From Sphingobium sp. (GTDB lineage Bacteria > Pseudomonadota > Alphaproteobacteria > Sphingomonadales > Sphingomonadaceae), in assembly GCA_035281605.1 (NCBI GenBank), contig DATEDR010000413.1, positions 1,623-65,622 on the forward strand: a DNA stretch of 64,000 nt, written 5' to 3'. How positions within the stretch are numbered: the stretch's first letter is position 1; every line of letters begins with the position of its first letter. Of the stretch, positions 33,239 to 41,781 are shown one piece after another. Both the position numbers and the translations under genes were made by a program. The notes under the pieces are model-generated. The model did not search any database. It saw only the letters and a list, made by a program, of their open reading frames with translations, and was not told the origin of the DNA.

Positions 33239-33401
33239 CCGTACTCCACTGCCAATCTATCTGAACAATCACCGGATTTACGGGGAGGAGCACCTTTGTT
33301 CTTCACGGTGTCTCGCCGTGTCTTGAGGTAGTCGCGGTTCACCACGATGGCTGCCCTCAATCCGATCCGTCCATCAAGGACGCAAGGGGAGGACCGCGCA
33401 C

Positions 33402-34200
33402 ATGCGGGCAGAAACGCCGGATGCGCCAGCACGCGACTGGAGAGACGGGTCGACCTATCGCCCGCTCTTCCAGCTCGGCCGCGCAGCCGTCGATTTCGCG
33501 TTTGCCCGCCGCCATGCCGAAATGGCCGATCTGCCGGCATCGCCTGTTCATGAACATATTCTGCGCCCGAATCCGCCGATCCGTGTTTTGACTCTGACCG
33601 GCGGCGAGCCCGCGTCACGGGGGCTTCGATTTCGCCGAGGACGCCGACACCGGCCTTGCCTTCTGGCGGGCGGATCGCGATCCGACAGTGCTGGAAGCTA
33701 GGGCACGCAAGGCTGTCGCCGGTGACGCCAACGCGCTCGATTTTCGTGACTTGCCGCTCAGCATCGCTGTCCTGCGGGATGGCGGGACAGAGCATGTGCT
33801 GATCGCCGATGGACTTCGTCATGTGCGGCTGCAACTGCACGGTGCAACGATCCTGAACGGGCCGGTGAGGCTCGCCTTCACGGTGCCGTCGCTGCGTCAC
33901 GTCCTTCCCCAGATTCTCGGGCTGCGGCGACTGTCCGCTCTCTGGCGCCTTCAACGTTTGCCGCGCCCGCTATTTCCTGCCGACCCGGTCGTAGCCCGCA
34001 GAGTCCAGGCGCTGCAGGTGCTCGATGCGCGCCGCGCCGGGGCGGGCCAGCGGGAAACCGTCATCGCCGTTCTGGGACCGAAAATGGCCGACGCGGTGAG
34101 CTTCGATTCTTCGCGCAAGAAGATCGGACGGCTGCTGAAACTGGCCGAACAGCGTGTCGAGATTGGATATCGAAGATTCTTGTCGGATGGAAATTGGTAA
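33402..34200 (+). CDS. fseA: FseA-like (DUF6499+DUF2285) ICE activator made by +1 frameshift at 33630-33633
   Basis: ORF1 33402-33701 (RBS GGGGAGGA; DWRDGSTY..FARR) and ORF2 33688-34200 join through CGG.GGG.CTT.CGA.TTT.C; the +1 frame is open from 33631. Confidence 0.75.
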
Positions 34201-34616
34201 CGCGAAGGCTGATGTCCATGGCGTCCCGTCCGCGTGCGGACGGTCGCGCTCTATTCCGCCAGGCTCCTGTCGTCGCCAGGCTTCACCGGGCCGCGTGCCA
34301 CGCGTCCCGGCCATTCGGTCACGATCGCTGACGCGTGCCGGGGGCGTGCCCGCCCCCGGTCGGTTGCCCGGCGCGCCGATGCGCGCCGGCGTTTTCGGGT
34401 TTGCAACCCCTTGGGCGCGGAGGGTGGTCGCCGCGCCCTGATAGGCCCGCAGCGGCGGGCGGCAAGCCTGCGCTCCGCTTGGCTGCTTCTCTTCGTTTCG
34501 CCCCGCCTCGGGTGCCGCCCGCCGCTTGGGCGCGGGCCTTTCTGGTCGCTCCTGCCGCCCACCCCCCACGCCCGGCGGGTTTGCGGTCGGTTTTTGGCCA
34601 GTGAAGGAGGCTAGGC

Positions 34617-35567
34617 ATGGGCTTTTCCGGCAAACGGCGCGCGCGTGGAGAGGGCAGCGAGGACAAGACGCAGCCCCGCGCGAACCTTTATGACGAGGTG
34701 ACGCGCAAGATCATTTCCGAACTGGAGGCAGGACGCTTCCCGTGGGTCCAGCCGTGGGATTCTCATGTTGCAGGCGGTCCCGGCCTGCCCATGAACGCGC
34801 TCACCGCCCGGCGCTATTCCGGGGTCAACGTGCTCTTGCTTTGGGGTGCGGCCATCGAGGGGGACTATCCCACGCAAAACTGGCTCACCTTCAAGCAGGC
34901 GAGGCAAGCAGGCGGCAGCGTCCGCAAGGGCGAGCGCGGAACTTGTGTTGTCTATGCCGACCGCTTCATTCCCGAGACCGAAAAAGCCAAGGCGCAGGAA
35001 ACCGGCGAAGACGCCCGCGCCGTTCCCTTCCTTAAGCGGTTCACCGTCTTCAACGTGGCGCAATGCGAAGGGCTGCGCGAAGGGCTGGCATCGCAGGAAG
35101 CGCGCTTACCCGAACGCGAGATCGTCCCCCATGCCGAGGCGCTTATTGCCGCCACGGGCGCGGATATTCGCATTGGCGGCGGGGAAGCATTCTATTCGCC
35201 CGTTGGTGACTATATTCAGGTGCCCCCGCAACCGGCGTTCCGCGATCAGATCAATTTCTATCGGACGGCCTTCCATGAGCTATCGCACTGGACTGGCCAC
35301 CGCGCCCGGCTGGACCGCGACCAGACCGGCCGCTTCGGGTCCAAACCCTATGCGCGCGAAGAATTGTGCGCCGAGATTTCAGCCGCGTTCATCTGCGCGG
35401 CCTTGGGCATCGCGCCGACCGTTCGCCATTCCGATTATGTCGGCTCATGGCTCGAAGTCATGCGCGAGGATAACCGCGCGATCTTCCGTGCAGCGGGTCA
35501 GGCCAGCAAGGCCGCAGATTATATCCTCGCTTATGGCGAAGACCAAAACGGGAGGCAGGCGGCATGA
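34617..35567 (+). CDS. ardC: Antirestriction protein ArdC
   Basis: LYDEVTRKII.ELEAGRFPWVQPW, YSGVNVLLLW, WLTFKQA, FHELSHWTGH, YAREEL. Confidence 0.92.
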   Translation: MGFSGKRRARGEGSEDKTQPRANLYDEVTRKIISELEAGRFPWVQPWDSHVAGGPGLPMNALTARRYSGVNVLLLWGAAIEGDYPTQNWLTFKQARQAGGSVRKGERGTCVVYADRFIPETEKAKAQETGEDARAVPFLKRFTVFNVAQCEGLREGLASQEARLPEREIVPHAEALIAATGADIRIGGGEAFYSPVGDYIQVPPQPAFRDQINFYRTAFHELSHWTGHRARLDRDQTGRFGSKPYAREELCAEISAAFICAALGIAPTVRHSDYVGSWLEVMREDNRAIFRAAGQASKAADYILAYGEDQNGRQAA

Positions 35568-35971
35568 TCCCGCTTCCTCCCGATCTTCGCGCGAAGCTGC
35601 TGGCGAACGGGGCCGCGCGTGGTCCCGACCATGCGCCGCTCTTGAAGCTGTTCAATCCCATCGGCGCGGCGACATGGCTTGCATCGGAACTCTATGAGGA
35701 CGGCGACACCCTGTTCGGGCTGGCCGACCTTGGTTTCGGATGCCCGGAAATGGGCACGTTCAGCCTCACCGAAATCGCATCGGTCCGCCTTCCCTATGGC
35801 CTGCGGATCGAGCGCGATCTGTATTTTCGCGCCCGCTTCGGCCTCACCGTCTATTCCGATGCCGCGCGTATCGCGGGCCGCATCACCGAGGACGAGCGGC
35901 TACTGGCAACGGCGGCGCGCGCGCGTGAATTGAACCGAAACACCGAGATTCCGCCCGACCCGGACGGATGA
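35564..35971 (+). CDS. DUF2958 protein
   Basis: KLFNPIGAATWL.SE..DGDTLFGLADLGFGCPE.G..SL.E...IERDLYF. Confidence 0.85.
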   Translation: MIPLPPDLRAKLLANGAARGPDHAPLLKLFNPIGAATWLASELYEDGDTLFGLADLGFGCPEMGTFSLTEIASVRLPYGLRIERDLYFRARFGLTVYSDAARIAGRITEDERLLATAARARELNRNTEIPPDPDG

Positions 35972-36070
35972 GCCCGCGCGGACTCTTCTCCGCGTTTATC
36001 CCGGCTCCGTCCGCCGCAATTCCCTTAACAGTGAACGGAGCCGGTCCACCCCAAGAAGGAGTGAAGACCC

Positions 36071-37876
36071 ATGCAACTCGCAAATATCGAACTTGGCAAG
36101 CTGTTCGTCAGCAAGACCAATATGCGCCATGCCGACAAGGCCCCGGACGTTTCCGACATTCTCCCCACCGTGAAGGCGCGCGGCGTCATCGTGCCGCTGA
36201 TCGTGCGTCCCGGCGAGGACGAGGGCAAGCCTGATATGTTCGGGATCGTCGCAGGCGCGCGCCGCTTCCATGCCGCCGGTCTTGCCGCGCAGGAAAACGG
36301 CGAAGCCGACGCCCTGCCATGCGCGATCATGGAGCCGGGCGACGATGCCGCTGCACTGGAAGCCTCGCTGATCGAAAATATCGGCAGGCTCGATCCCGAC
36401 GAAGTCACCCAATGGGACACCTTCACCCGCCTCGTGCAGAAGGAAGGCCGGACGCCCGAACAGATCGGGCAGACCTTCGGCCTTACCGACCTTTATGTCC
36501 GCCGCATCCTTGCACTCGGCAATCTGCTGCCCCGCATCCGCAACCTCTATCGTGATGGCGAGATCAATGCCGCGAGCGTCCGCCATCTGACCCTTGCGAC
36601 CAAGGCGCAGCAGAAGGAGTGGTTGGCCCTGTTCGACAGCCCGGACGAATATGTCCCCACCGGCCAGCAACTCAAATTATGGTTGTTCGGCGGCGCGTCC
36701 ATTTCCACCAAGAACGCGATCTTTCCGCTCGACGGATATAAGGGCAAGATCGTCGCTGACCTGTTCGGCGAGGACGGCATTTTCGCCGATGCCGATCAGT
36801 TCTGGCGCGCACAGAATGAAGCCATCGCCGTCAGGCGCGACGAGCTTCTGGCCGCTGGCTGGGCCGATGTCGAAATCATGGAACCGGGGCGCTATTTCCA
36901 TGCGTGGGAATATGAACGGACGCCCAAGACCAAGGGCGGCAAGGTGTTCATCAGCATCACCCACGGCGGCGAAGTCGAAATCCACGAGGGCTACCTGTCG
37001 GGCAAAGAGGCGAAGAAGGCCCGCGCCCAGCAAGCCAGATCGGGCCAAACCGAGGCCGACAAACAGGCCGCGCGCGACCAGCGCAGCGAGACGACGAGCA
37101 GCTTGCAGACCTATATCGACCTCCACCGCCATGCCGCCGCCCGCGCCGTGCTGACCGACCATCCCGGCGCCGCGCTGCGCCTGATGGTCGCCCATGCCAT
37201 CACCGGATCGCCGCTTTGGACCATAAAGACCGAGAGGTCCCATTGCCGCAATGAGGCGACCGCCGAGAGCGTCGAAACCAGCACGGCGGAAGCTTTATTC
37301 GATGCCAGACGCCGCGCGGCTCTGGCGCTGCTGGACTTCTCGCACGAGGAACCGACCGTCACGGGCGGGAATGGCAGGAGCGAAGGAACCGCCGCGATCT
37401 TCGCCCGGCTGCTCGCCCTTGGCGACGGCGATGTGCTCGCCATTCTCGCCGTGGTCATGGGCGAGACGATGGAAGCAGGCAGCGCCGTGGTCGAGGCCGT
37501 GGGCAGCTATCTCAAGGTCGATATGGGCGCGCTATGGACTCCCGACGATGCGCTGTTCGATCTTGTCCGTGACCGGCAGGTGGCGAATGCCATGCTGCGC
37601 GAAGTGGCGGGCAAAAAGGTTGCGGACGGTAATATCGCGGAGAAGGTGAAGACGCAGAAAGCTATTGTCCGCGACTGCCTGACCGGCAGCAATGACCGCA
37701 GGAAGGTCGAGGGCTGGGTTCCCCGCTGGCTGCGTTTCCCCGCGGCCAGCTATACTGCCCGGCCTTTCGCGTCCCTCGCCAAGTGGAAGCAGATCGAGCC
37801 GCATATGAAGGGACTGCCCACGCCGCTTCCCGTCGAGATCGGGCCGGTCGATCCCTACGCGGTCGCGGCGGAGTGA
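36071..37876 (+). CDS. ParB/Srx-domain ICE protein
   Basis: GVIVPLIVR, VAGARRF, EASLIEN, HTH; 601 aa long form typical of ICEs. Confidence 0.88.
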   Translation: MQLANIELGKLFVSKTNMRHADKAPDVSDILPTVKARGVIVPLIVRPGEDEGKPDMFGIVAGARRFHAAGLAAQENGEADALPCAIMEPGDDAAALEASLIENIGRLDPDEVTQWDTFTRLVQKEGRTPEQIGQTFGLTDLYVRRILALGNLLPRIRNLYRDGEINAASVRHLTLATKAQQKEWLALFDSPDEYVPTGQQLKLWLFGGASISTKNAIFPLDGYKGKIVADLFGEDGIFADADQFWRAQNEAIAVRRDELLAAGWADVEIMEPGRYFHAWEYERTPKTKGGKVFISITHGGEVEIHEGYLSGKEAKKARAQQARSGQTEADKQAARDQRSETTSSLQTYIDLHRHAAARAVLTDHPGAALRLMVAHAITGSPLWTIKTERSHCRNEATAESVETSTAEALFDARRRAALALLDFSHEEPTVTGGNGRSEGTAAIFARLLALGDGDVLAILAVVMGETMEAGSAVVEAVGSYLKVDMGALWTPDDALFDLVRDRQVANAMLREVAGKKVADGNIAEKVKTQKAIVRDCLTGSNDRRKVEGWVPRWLRFPAASYTARPFASLAKWKQIEPHMKGLPTPLPVEIGPVDPYAVAAE

Positions 37877-37882
37877 ATTAAC

Positions 37883-37908
37883 AAAGGGACGGCAATCGCC
37901 GTCCCTTT
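37883..37908. terminator. Bidirectional intrinsic terminator
   Basis: AAAGGGACGGC-aatc-GCCGTCCCTTT after parB. Confidence 0.75.
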
Positions 37909-37947
37909 CACCATGTCTGGCCTGAAAAATCGCGCCGGTACACGCGG

Positions 37948-38619
37948 CTATGCCGCGCGTACCGGCGTATACAGCATTTCGAAAAAATCGTCGGCCAAAT
38001 CGCAGGCCGTCTGCGGCAGCAAGCCATCCACCGTTCCGACAAAAGTCGATCCATCGAACATCGCTTGGGTTGGATCGAGTCTGGTGCGCTCCTGAAACCG
38101 CTTGAACATGGCGCGCATCAAGGTGGTGCCCGCATCGCCACGGAGATGCGCGTCATAATTCTTCTCCGTCGATATGCAGTCCCAGTTCAGCCGCCAATAT
38201 TTGCGTCCTATATGCAGATAGACGAAAGGGACGTTGCGGCGCTGGCAGGCATAAAACCAGTTGTCGTTCGCTGCCCGCTCACGCTTGGCGAAAGCCCTCC
38301 AGATCGGATCGGGCAATGCCTCTCTCGCCATGCCGCTCAGATCAACGGCCTGATCGTCTGCGCCGAAGTCACTCAACCGTTCAGTCAGTTTCACGTCGCT
38401 GACCCGAGCGAGCGGCGGATATTTTTCGCGCGATGCCTTCATCCCGGCCAGCAGCGCGGCGTGCGTGCGATAGCCGAGCGCGGCGGCCAGCCCCTCGCTT
38501 ATGTAGCTGGATTTGACGTGCGGGAGCGCCGTGCGCAGGCGGCTTTTGAGGTGATGAAGATTGGCATGCGTCAGCAGAATGGCGGCCATGCGACCGTTCC
38601 TTTCGTATTTAGCCGTCAT
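37948..38619 (-). CDS. Hypothetical protein, counter-oriented within the backbone
   Basis: 223 aa ORF; N-terminal LKSRLR..LPHVKSSYISEGLAAALGYRTHAALLA helical module. Confidence 0.7.
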   Translation of the reverse strand: MTAKYERNGRMAAILLTHANLHHLKSRLRTALPHVKSSYISEGLAAALGYRTHAALLAGMKASREKYPPLARVSDVKLTERLSDFGADDQAVDLSGMAREALPDPIWRAFAKRERAANDNWFYACQRRNVPFVYLHIGRKYWRLNWDCISTEKNYDAHLRGDAGTTLMRAMFKRFQERTRLDPTQAMFDGSTFVGTVDGLLPQTACDLADDFFEMLYTPVRAA

Positions 38620-39114
38620 TCGCCGATTACGTGACGGCCCGAAAAGGATCGGTGCGTCGTAAAGATTTGATCCGCTTTGACCCGGCGACAGGTCCGGTCG
38701 GATCGACCGCCGTCCATGCTATCAGTTCCTTCCGTCAGCACAAGCGGCAGGTGCGATTCCCCCGACGACAGAGCATCGTCCGGCAATCCTGCGCTCATAT
38801 GTCGGCAGGCTTCGGGGACGCGAAAGAACGTCCTTGGGCGGACAACCGGCCTCGCTTCGCATCTCGCACCGGGCGCGATCTCGGCTGCATGTCGGACCTA
38901 TGGGCGGTCCTGGCCGCCCGCAACCGGGATGCGCTTGCCTATTTTCCCCGCCGCGTGAACGCGGCTCCTCGCGGTCGCTGCGCTCCAAAATAGCCCGCGC
39001 ACCCGGTCCTTCGCTTACGCTCCGGCCCTTGCGGGTGCAGGCGTCCCGGCCAGCCCATCACGGTCCATGCATCGCCGGGGATCGGCTCCGGCGGACAGTA
39101 AAGGAGTATATGTC

Positions 39115-39447
39115 ATGTCCACTCTCGGTATCGTCTCGCGCAACCCTGAAACCAACGAAATGCGCGGGAGCATCGCGCTCCTCGGCCGCCGCAATCCGGT
39201 CGGCATCGAGATCGTTCCCAATCCCGCCAAGGCGAGCGAACGCCAGCCCGATTTCCGCATCTACAGCGGTGCGAACGAGCTCGGCGCTGGCTGGATCAAG
39301 GTCAGTCGCGAGACCGGAAAGCCCTATATCTCGCTGCGCATCTTCCACCCGCAGATCGCGCAGTGGCCGATCTATGCCAATCTCGGTCGCGCCGCCGGGC
39401 AGGACGATGACGACGTGCTTGCCGTGATCGTCAACGAAGCTGCCTGA
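39115..39447 (+). CDS. DUF736 protein
   Basis: PDFRIY..ELGAGW....ETGKPYISL...P...PIYANL; RBS AAGGAG. Confidence 0.88.
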   Translation: MSTLGIVSRNPETNEMRGSIALLGRRNPVGIEIVPNPAKASERQPDFRIYSGANELGAGWIKVSRETGKPYISLRIFHPQIAQWPIYANLGRAAGQDDDDVLAVIVNEAA

Positions 39448-39458
39448 CCGGCTCGCAG

Positions 39459-39489
39459 GCCCCCGCGTCCTCTCCGGCGCGGGGGCTTT
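39459..39489 (+). terminator. Hairpin after DUF736
   Basis: GCCCCCGCG-N10-CGCGGGGGC followed by TTT. Confidence 0.55.
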
Positions 39490-39630
39490 GCGTATCCAAT
39501 TCCTGGATCGCCCGAATCCGGGGGCTGGCTGAAACGGGCCTGCCCGAGCGCACCCCGGCGCGTCCAAATGCTCTCCGGCATCCGAGGCGATGAACCCGTC
39601 GCTTCCATGCCCGAAAAAGGAGCATCAGAC

Positions 39631-39876
39631 ATGGACGACGACGATCCGAACGCCCGCGCAGCGCGGGCGCGAAAGGGCAGCCCGTTCCTCAATACCGCAC
39701 AGGCCGCCTTCTATATCGGCCTCAACTGGCGGACGCTCGAACAGATGCGGTGGAAAGGGCTCGGCCCGCGCTTCCGCCGCCATGGCCGTTTCATCCGATA
39801 CCATATCGACGACCTCGACGAGTGGTCGCGCACCAACGGCCAGATGCCCCCGGCGATGGGAGGCCGCGATGCGTAA
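39631..39876 (+). CDS. RdfS/AlpA-like excisionase
   Basis: FLNTAQAAFYIGLNWRTLEQMRWKGLGPRFRRHGRFIRYHIDDLDEW; first gene before traF. Confidence 0.82.
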   Translation: MDDDDPNARAARARKGSPFLNTAQAAFYIGLNWRTLEQMRWKGLGPRFRRHGRFIRYHIDDLDEWSRTNGQMPPAMGGRDA

Positions 39877-40456
39877 ACGGCTCCCGAAACCCACGCCCGC
39901 ACCGCTGCTCGAATGGCATCCGCCACTCGCCCGCCAGCTTCGGGGGCGCCGCCGACCGGTCCTGATCGCAGGCAGCATCGGCTTGGCTCTGATCGGGCTT
40001 ACCACGACGCTCGACTTCGCCATCCGGCCAGCCCCGCGCCTGATCTGGAATGCGTCGGCGAGCGCCCCCATCGGGCTGTGGCGGGTTGATCCCTATGCCC
40101 GTTTCCGCGCTGGCGACATGGTTTTGGCACACACGCCCGAAAGCGTTCGCTCGCTTGCCGCCGCGCGCCATTATCTGCCCGCCAATGTGCCGCTCCTGAA
40201 GCGGATCGCCGCGCGCGATGGCGATGATGTCTGCGCGCTCGGTTACGAGATTTTCGTCAATGGCGCGAAGGTCGCGGATCGCCGCACCGCCGACCGGCAG
40301 GGTCGCCCGCTGCCCTGGTGGAACGGATGCGAACTGCTCCGGGGCAGGCGCGTGTTCTTGCTGATGGATGCGCCGGACTCGTTCGATGGTCGCTATTTCG
40401 GACCGATCAATGAGGACGCGCTGATTGGAAAGGCGGTGCCATTGTGGCTGCGCTGA
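39869..40456 (+). CDS. traF: S26 peptidase (pilin processing)
   Basis: WNASASAPIGLW, YLPANVPLLKRIAA, SFDGRYFGP. Confidence 0.9.
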   Translation: MRKRLPKPTPAPLLEWHPPLARQLRGRRRPVLIAGSIGLALIGLTTTLDFAIRPAPRLIWNASASAPIGLWRVDPYARFRAGDMVLAHTPESVRSLAAARHYLPANVPLLKRIAARDGDDVCALGYEIFVNGAKVADRRTADRQGRPLPWWNGCELLRGRRVFLLMDAPDSFDGRYFGPINEDALIGKAVPLWLR

Positions 40457-41100
40457 TCCGTCCCTTCACGCCGCTTCTGCTCTCGCTCGCGATACCGTCC
40501 GCGACGTTAGCGCAGTCCACGCCAATGGTGGAACACGTCTCTCCGGCGATCGAACGCTGGCGTTCATTCATCGCCGAAGCCTCGCGCCGGTTCGGCGTAC
40601 CACAGGCATGGATCACGGCCGTCATGCAGGCCGAAAGCCGAGGCCGAACGCATCTCCATGGCCGTCCGATCACCTCCAGCGCCGGTGCGATGGGACTGAT
40701 GCAGATCATGCCCGGCACATGGGAAGCTCTGCGCCGCCAGCACGGGCTTGGTCCCGATCCGCATGATCCGCGCGATAATATCCTGGCGGGCACAGCCTAC
40801 CTGCGCGCCATGTATGATCGCTTCGGATATCCCGGTCTGTTCGCCGCCTATAATGCTGGCCCCGGACGTTACGCGGAGCATTTGCGCACAGGAAGGCCGC
40901 TTCCCGGCGAGACGCGCGCCTATATCTCCCAGCTCGCGCGAGCACCGGCCACGCCCACGATGCCGCCTGCGATCCTGTCGGGAACGCGGCTCTTCTTCGC
41001 GCTGGGGAGGGTGAGCAAACCGGTCCCAACAGCCAGCGAAGCGCCGCCAGAAAACCCGCTGTTCGCGACACTGGAACAGTCGCGGGAGGATCAGAAATGA
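40444..41100 (+). CDS. Lytic transglycosylase (SLT)
   Basis: AVMQAESRG, GAMGLMQIMPGT, AAYNAGPG, ETRAY. Confidence 0.92.
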   Translation: MAALIRPFTPLLLSLAIPSATLAQSTPMVEHVSPAIERWRSFIAEASRRFGVPQAWITAVMQAESRGRTHLHGRPITSSAGAMGLMQIMPGTWEALRRQHGLGPDPHDPRDNILAGTAYLRAMYDRFGYPGLFAAYNAGPGRYAEHLRTGRPLPGETRAYISQLARAPATPTMPPAILSGTRLFFALGRVSKPVPTASEAPPENPLFATLEQSREDQK

Positions 41101-41352
41101 GAGATCCGGCGTTTGTGGAGAGGAGGATATCCGCTCAGACCAGCCCAGTATCCGGCATGGATCGGGCCGCCTCAAGGACGACGCCGGACACGATTTTTTC
41201 CGGCTCGGCAAGGCAGGTTCCCTCCTCATTGATATGCTGCCTGGCCGGAAAAAATCGCGCCCGGCATCGCCGCTCGCGCGGCCGCTTCGCGGTCCTTGAC
41301 CCGACCCGCTCCATACCGGGCGCAGCCTGCATCTTTCGAAGATCAGGAGGCG

Positions 41353-41490
41353 ATGATGACCATTCAGCAGCATATCGACGAGCTTCGGGCCGAACTGTCA
41401 TGGAACGACGATCCGGCCGAAATCCGACAGATCGAGGCCGAATTGCAGGACGCACTGGCAGAACTGGAGCGGCAGCGACGGGAGGATTGA
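41353..41490 (+). CDS. 45-aa coiled-coil hypothetical protein
   Basis: RBS AGGAGG; MMTIQQHIDELRAEL... Confidence 0.6.
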   Translation: MMTIQQHIDELRAELSWNDDPAEIRQIEAELQDALAELERQRRED

Positions 41491-41594
41491 CGGGGTTTGG
41501 GGAACGGTGTCGCCCGGCGTCGTTCCCGGCCTTTTCCATGATCGCGGCAAAGGCAGGAAGACGAAGGACGGGAGCGTTTCCGAGGGGAGAAAGG

Positions 41595-41760
41595 GTAAGG
41601 CAAGATCAAAGAAATGGCGTCATGCCCTTCGGGCACTCCGCCATAACTCATTGTCTGCACATCATTTTCTGGATGATCGCCGATGGCGCCATCCGGGAGG
41701 CTGTGGCGCCATACCCCGTCGAAGCCCCCGGATTTCTGGGCTTTTCCATGGCGCCATCGG
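41595..41760. other. Candidate oriT/relaxase promoter region
   Basis: Non-coding, directly upstream of relaxase; GGCAAGATC (41599-41607; minus strand GATCTTGCC, close to MOBP nic); TGGCGCCA palindromes at 41684, 41704, 41749. Confidence 0.45.
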
Positions 41761-41781
41761 CAGAAGCCGGAGGGATGCGCC

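Noticed and set aside
33402-34200. Frameshifted pseudogene interpretation
   Set aside because: The break falls at a motif matching the known programmed +1 site and both frames are otherwise intact
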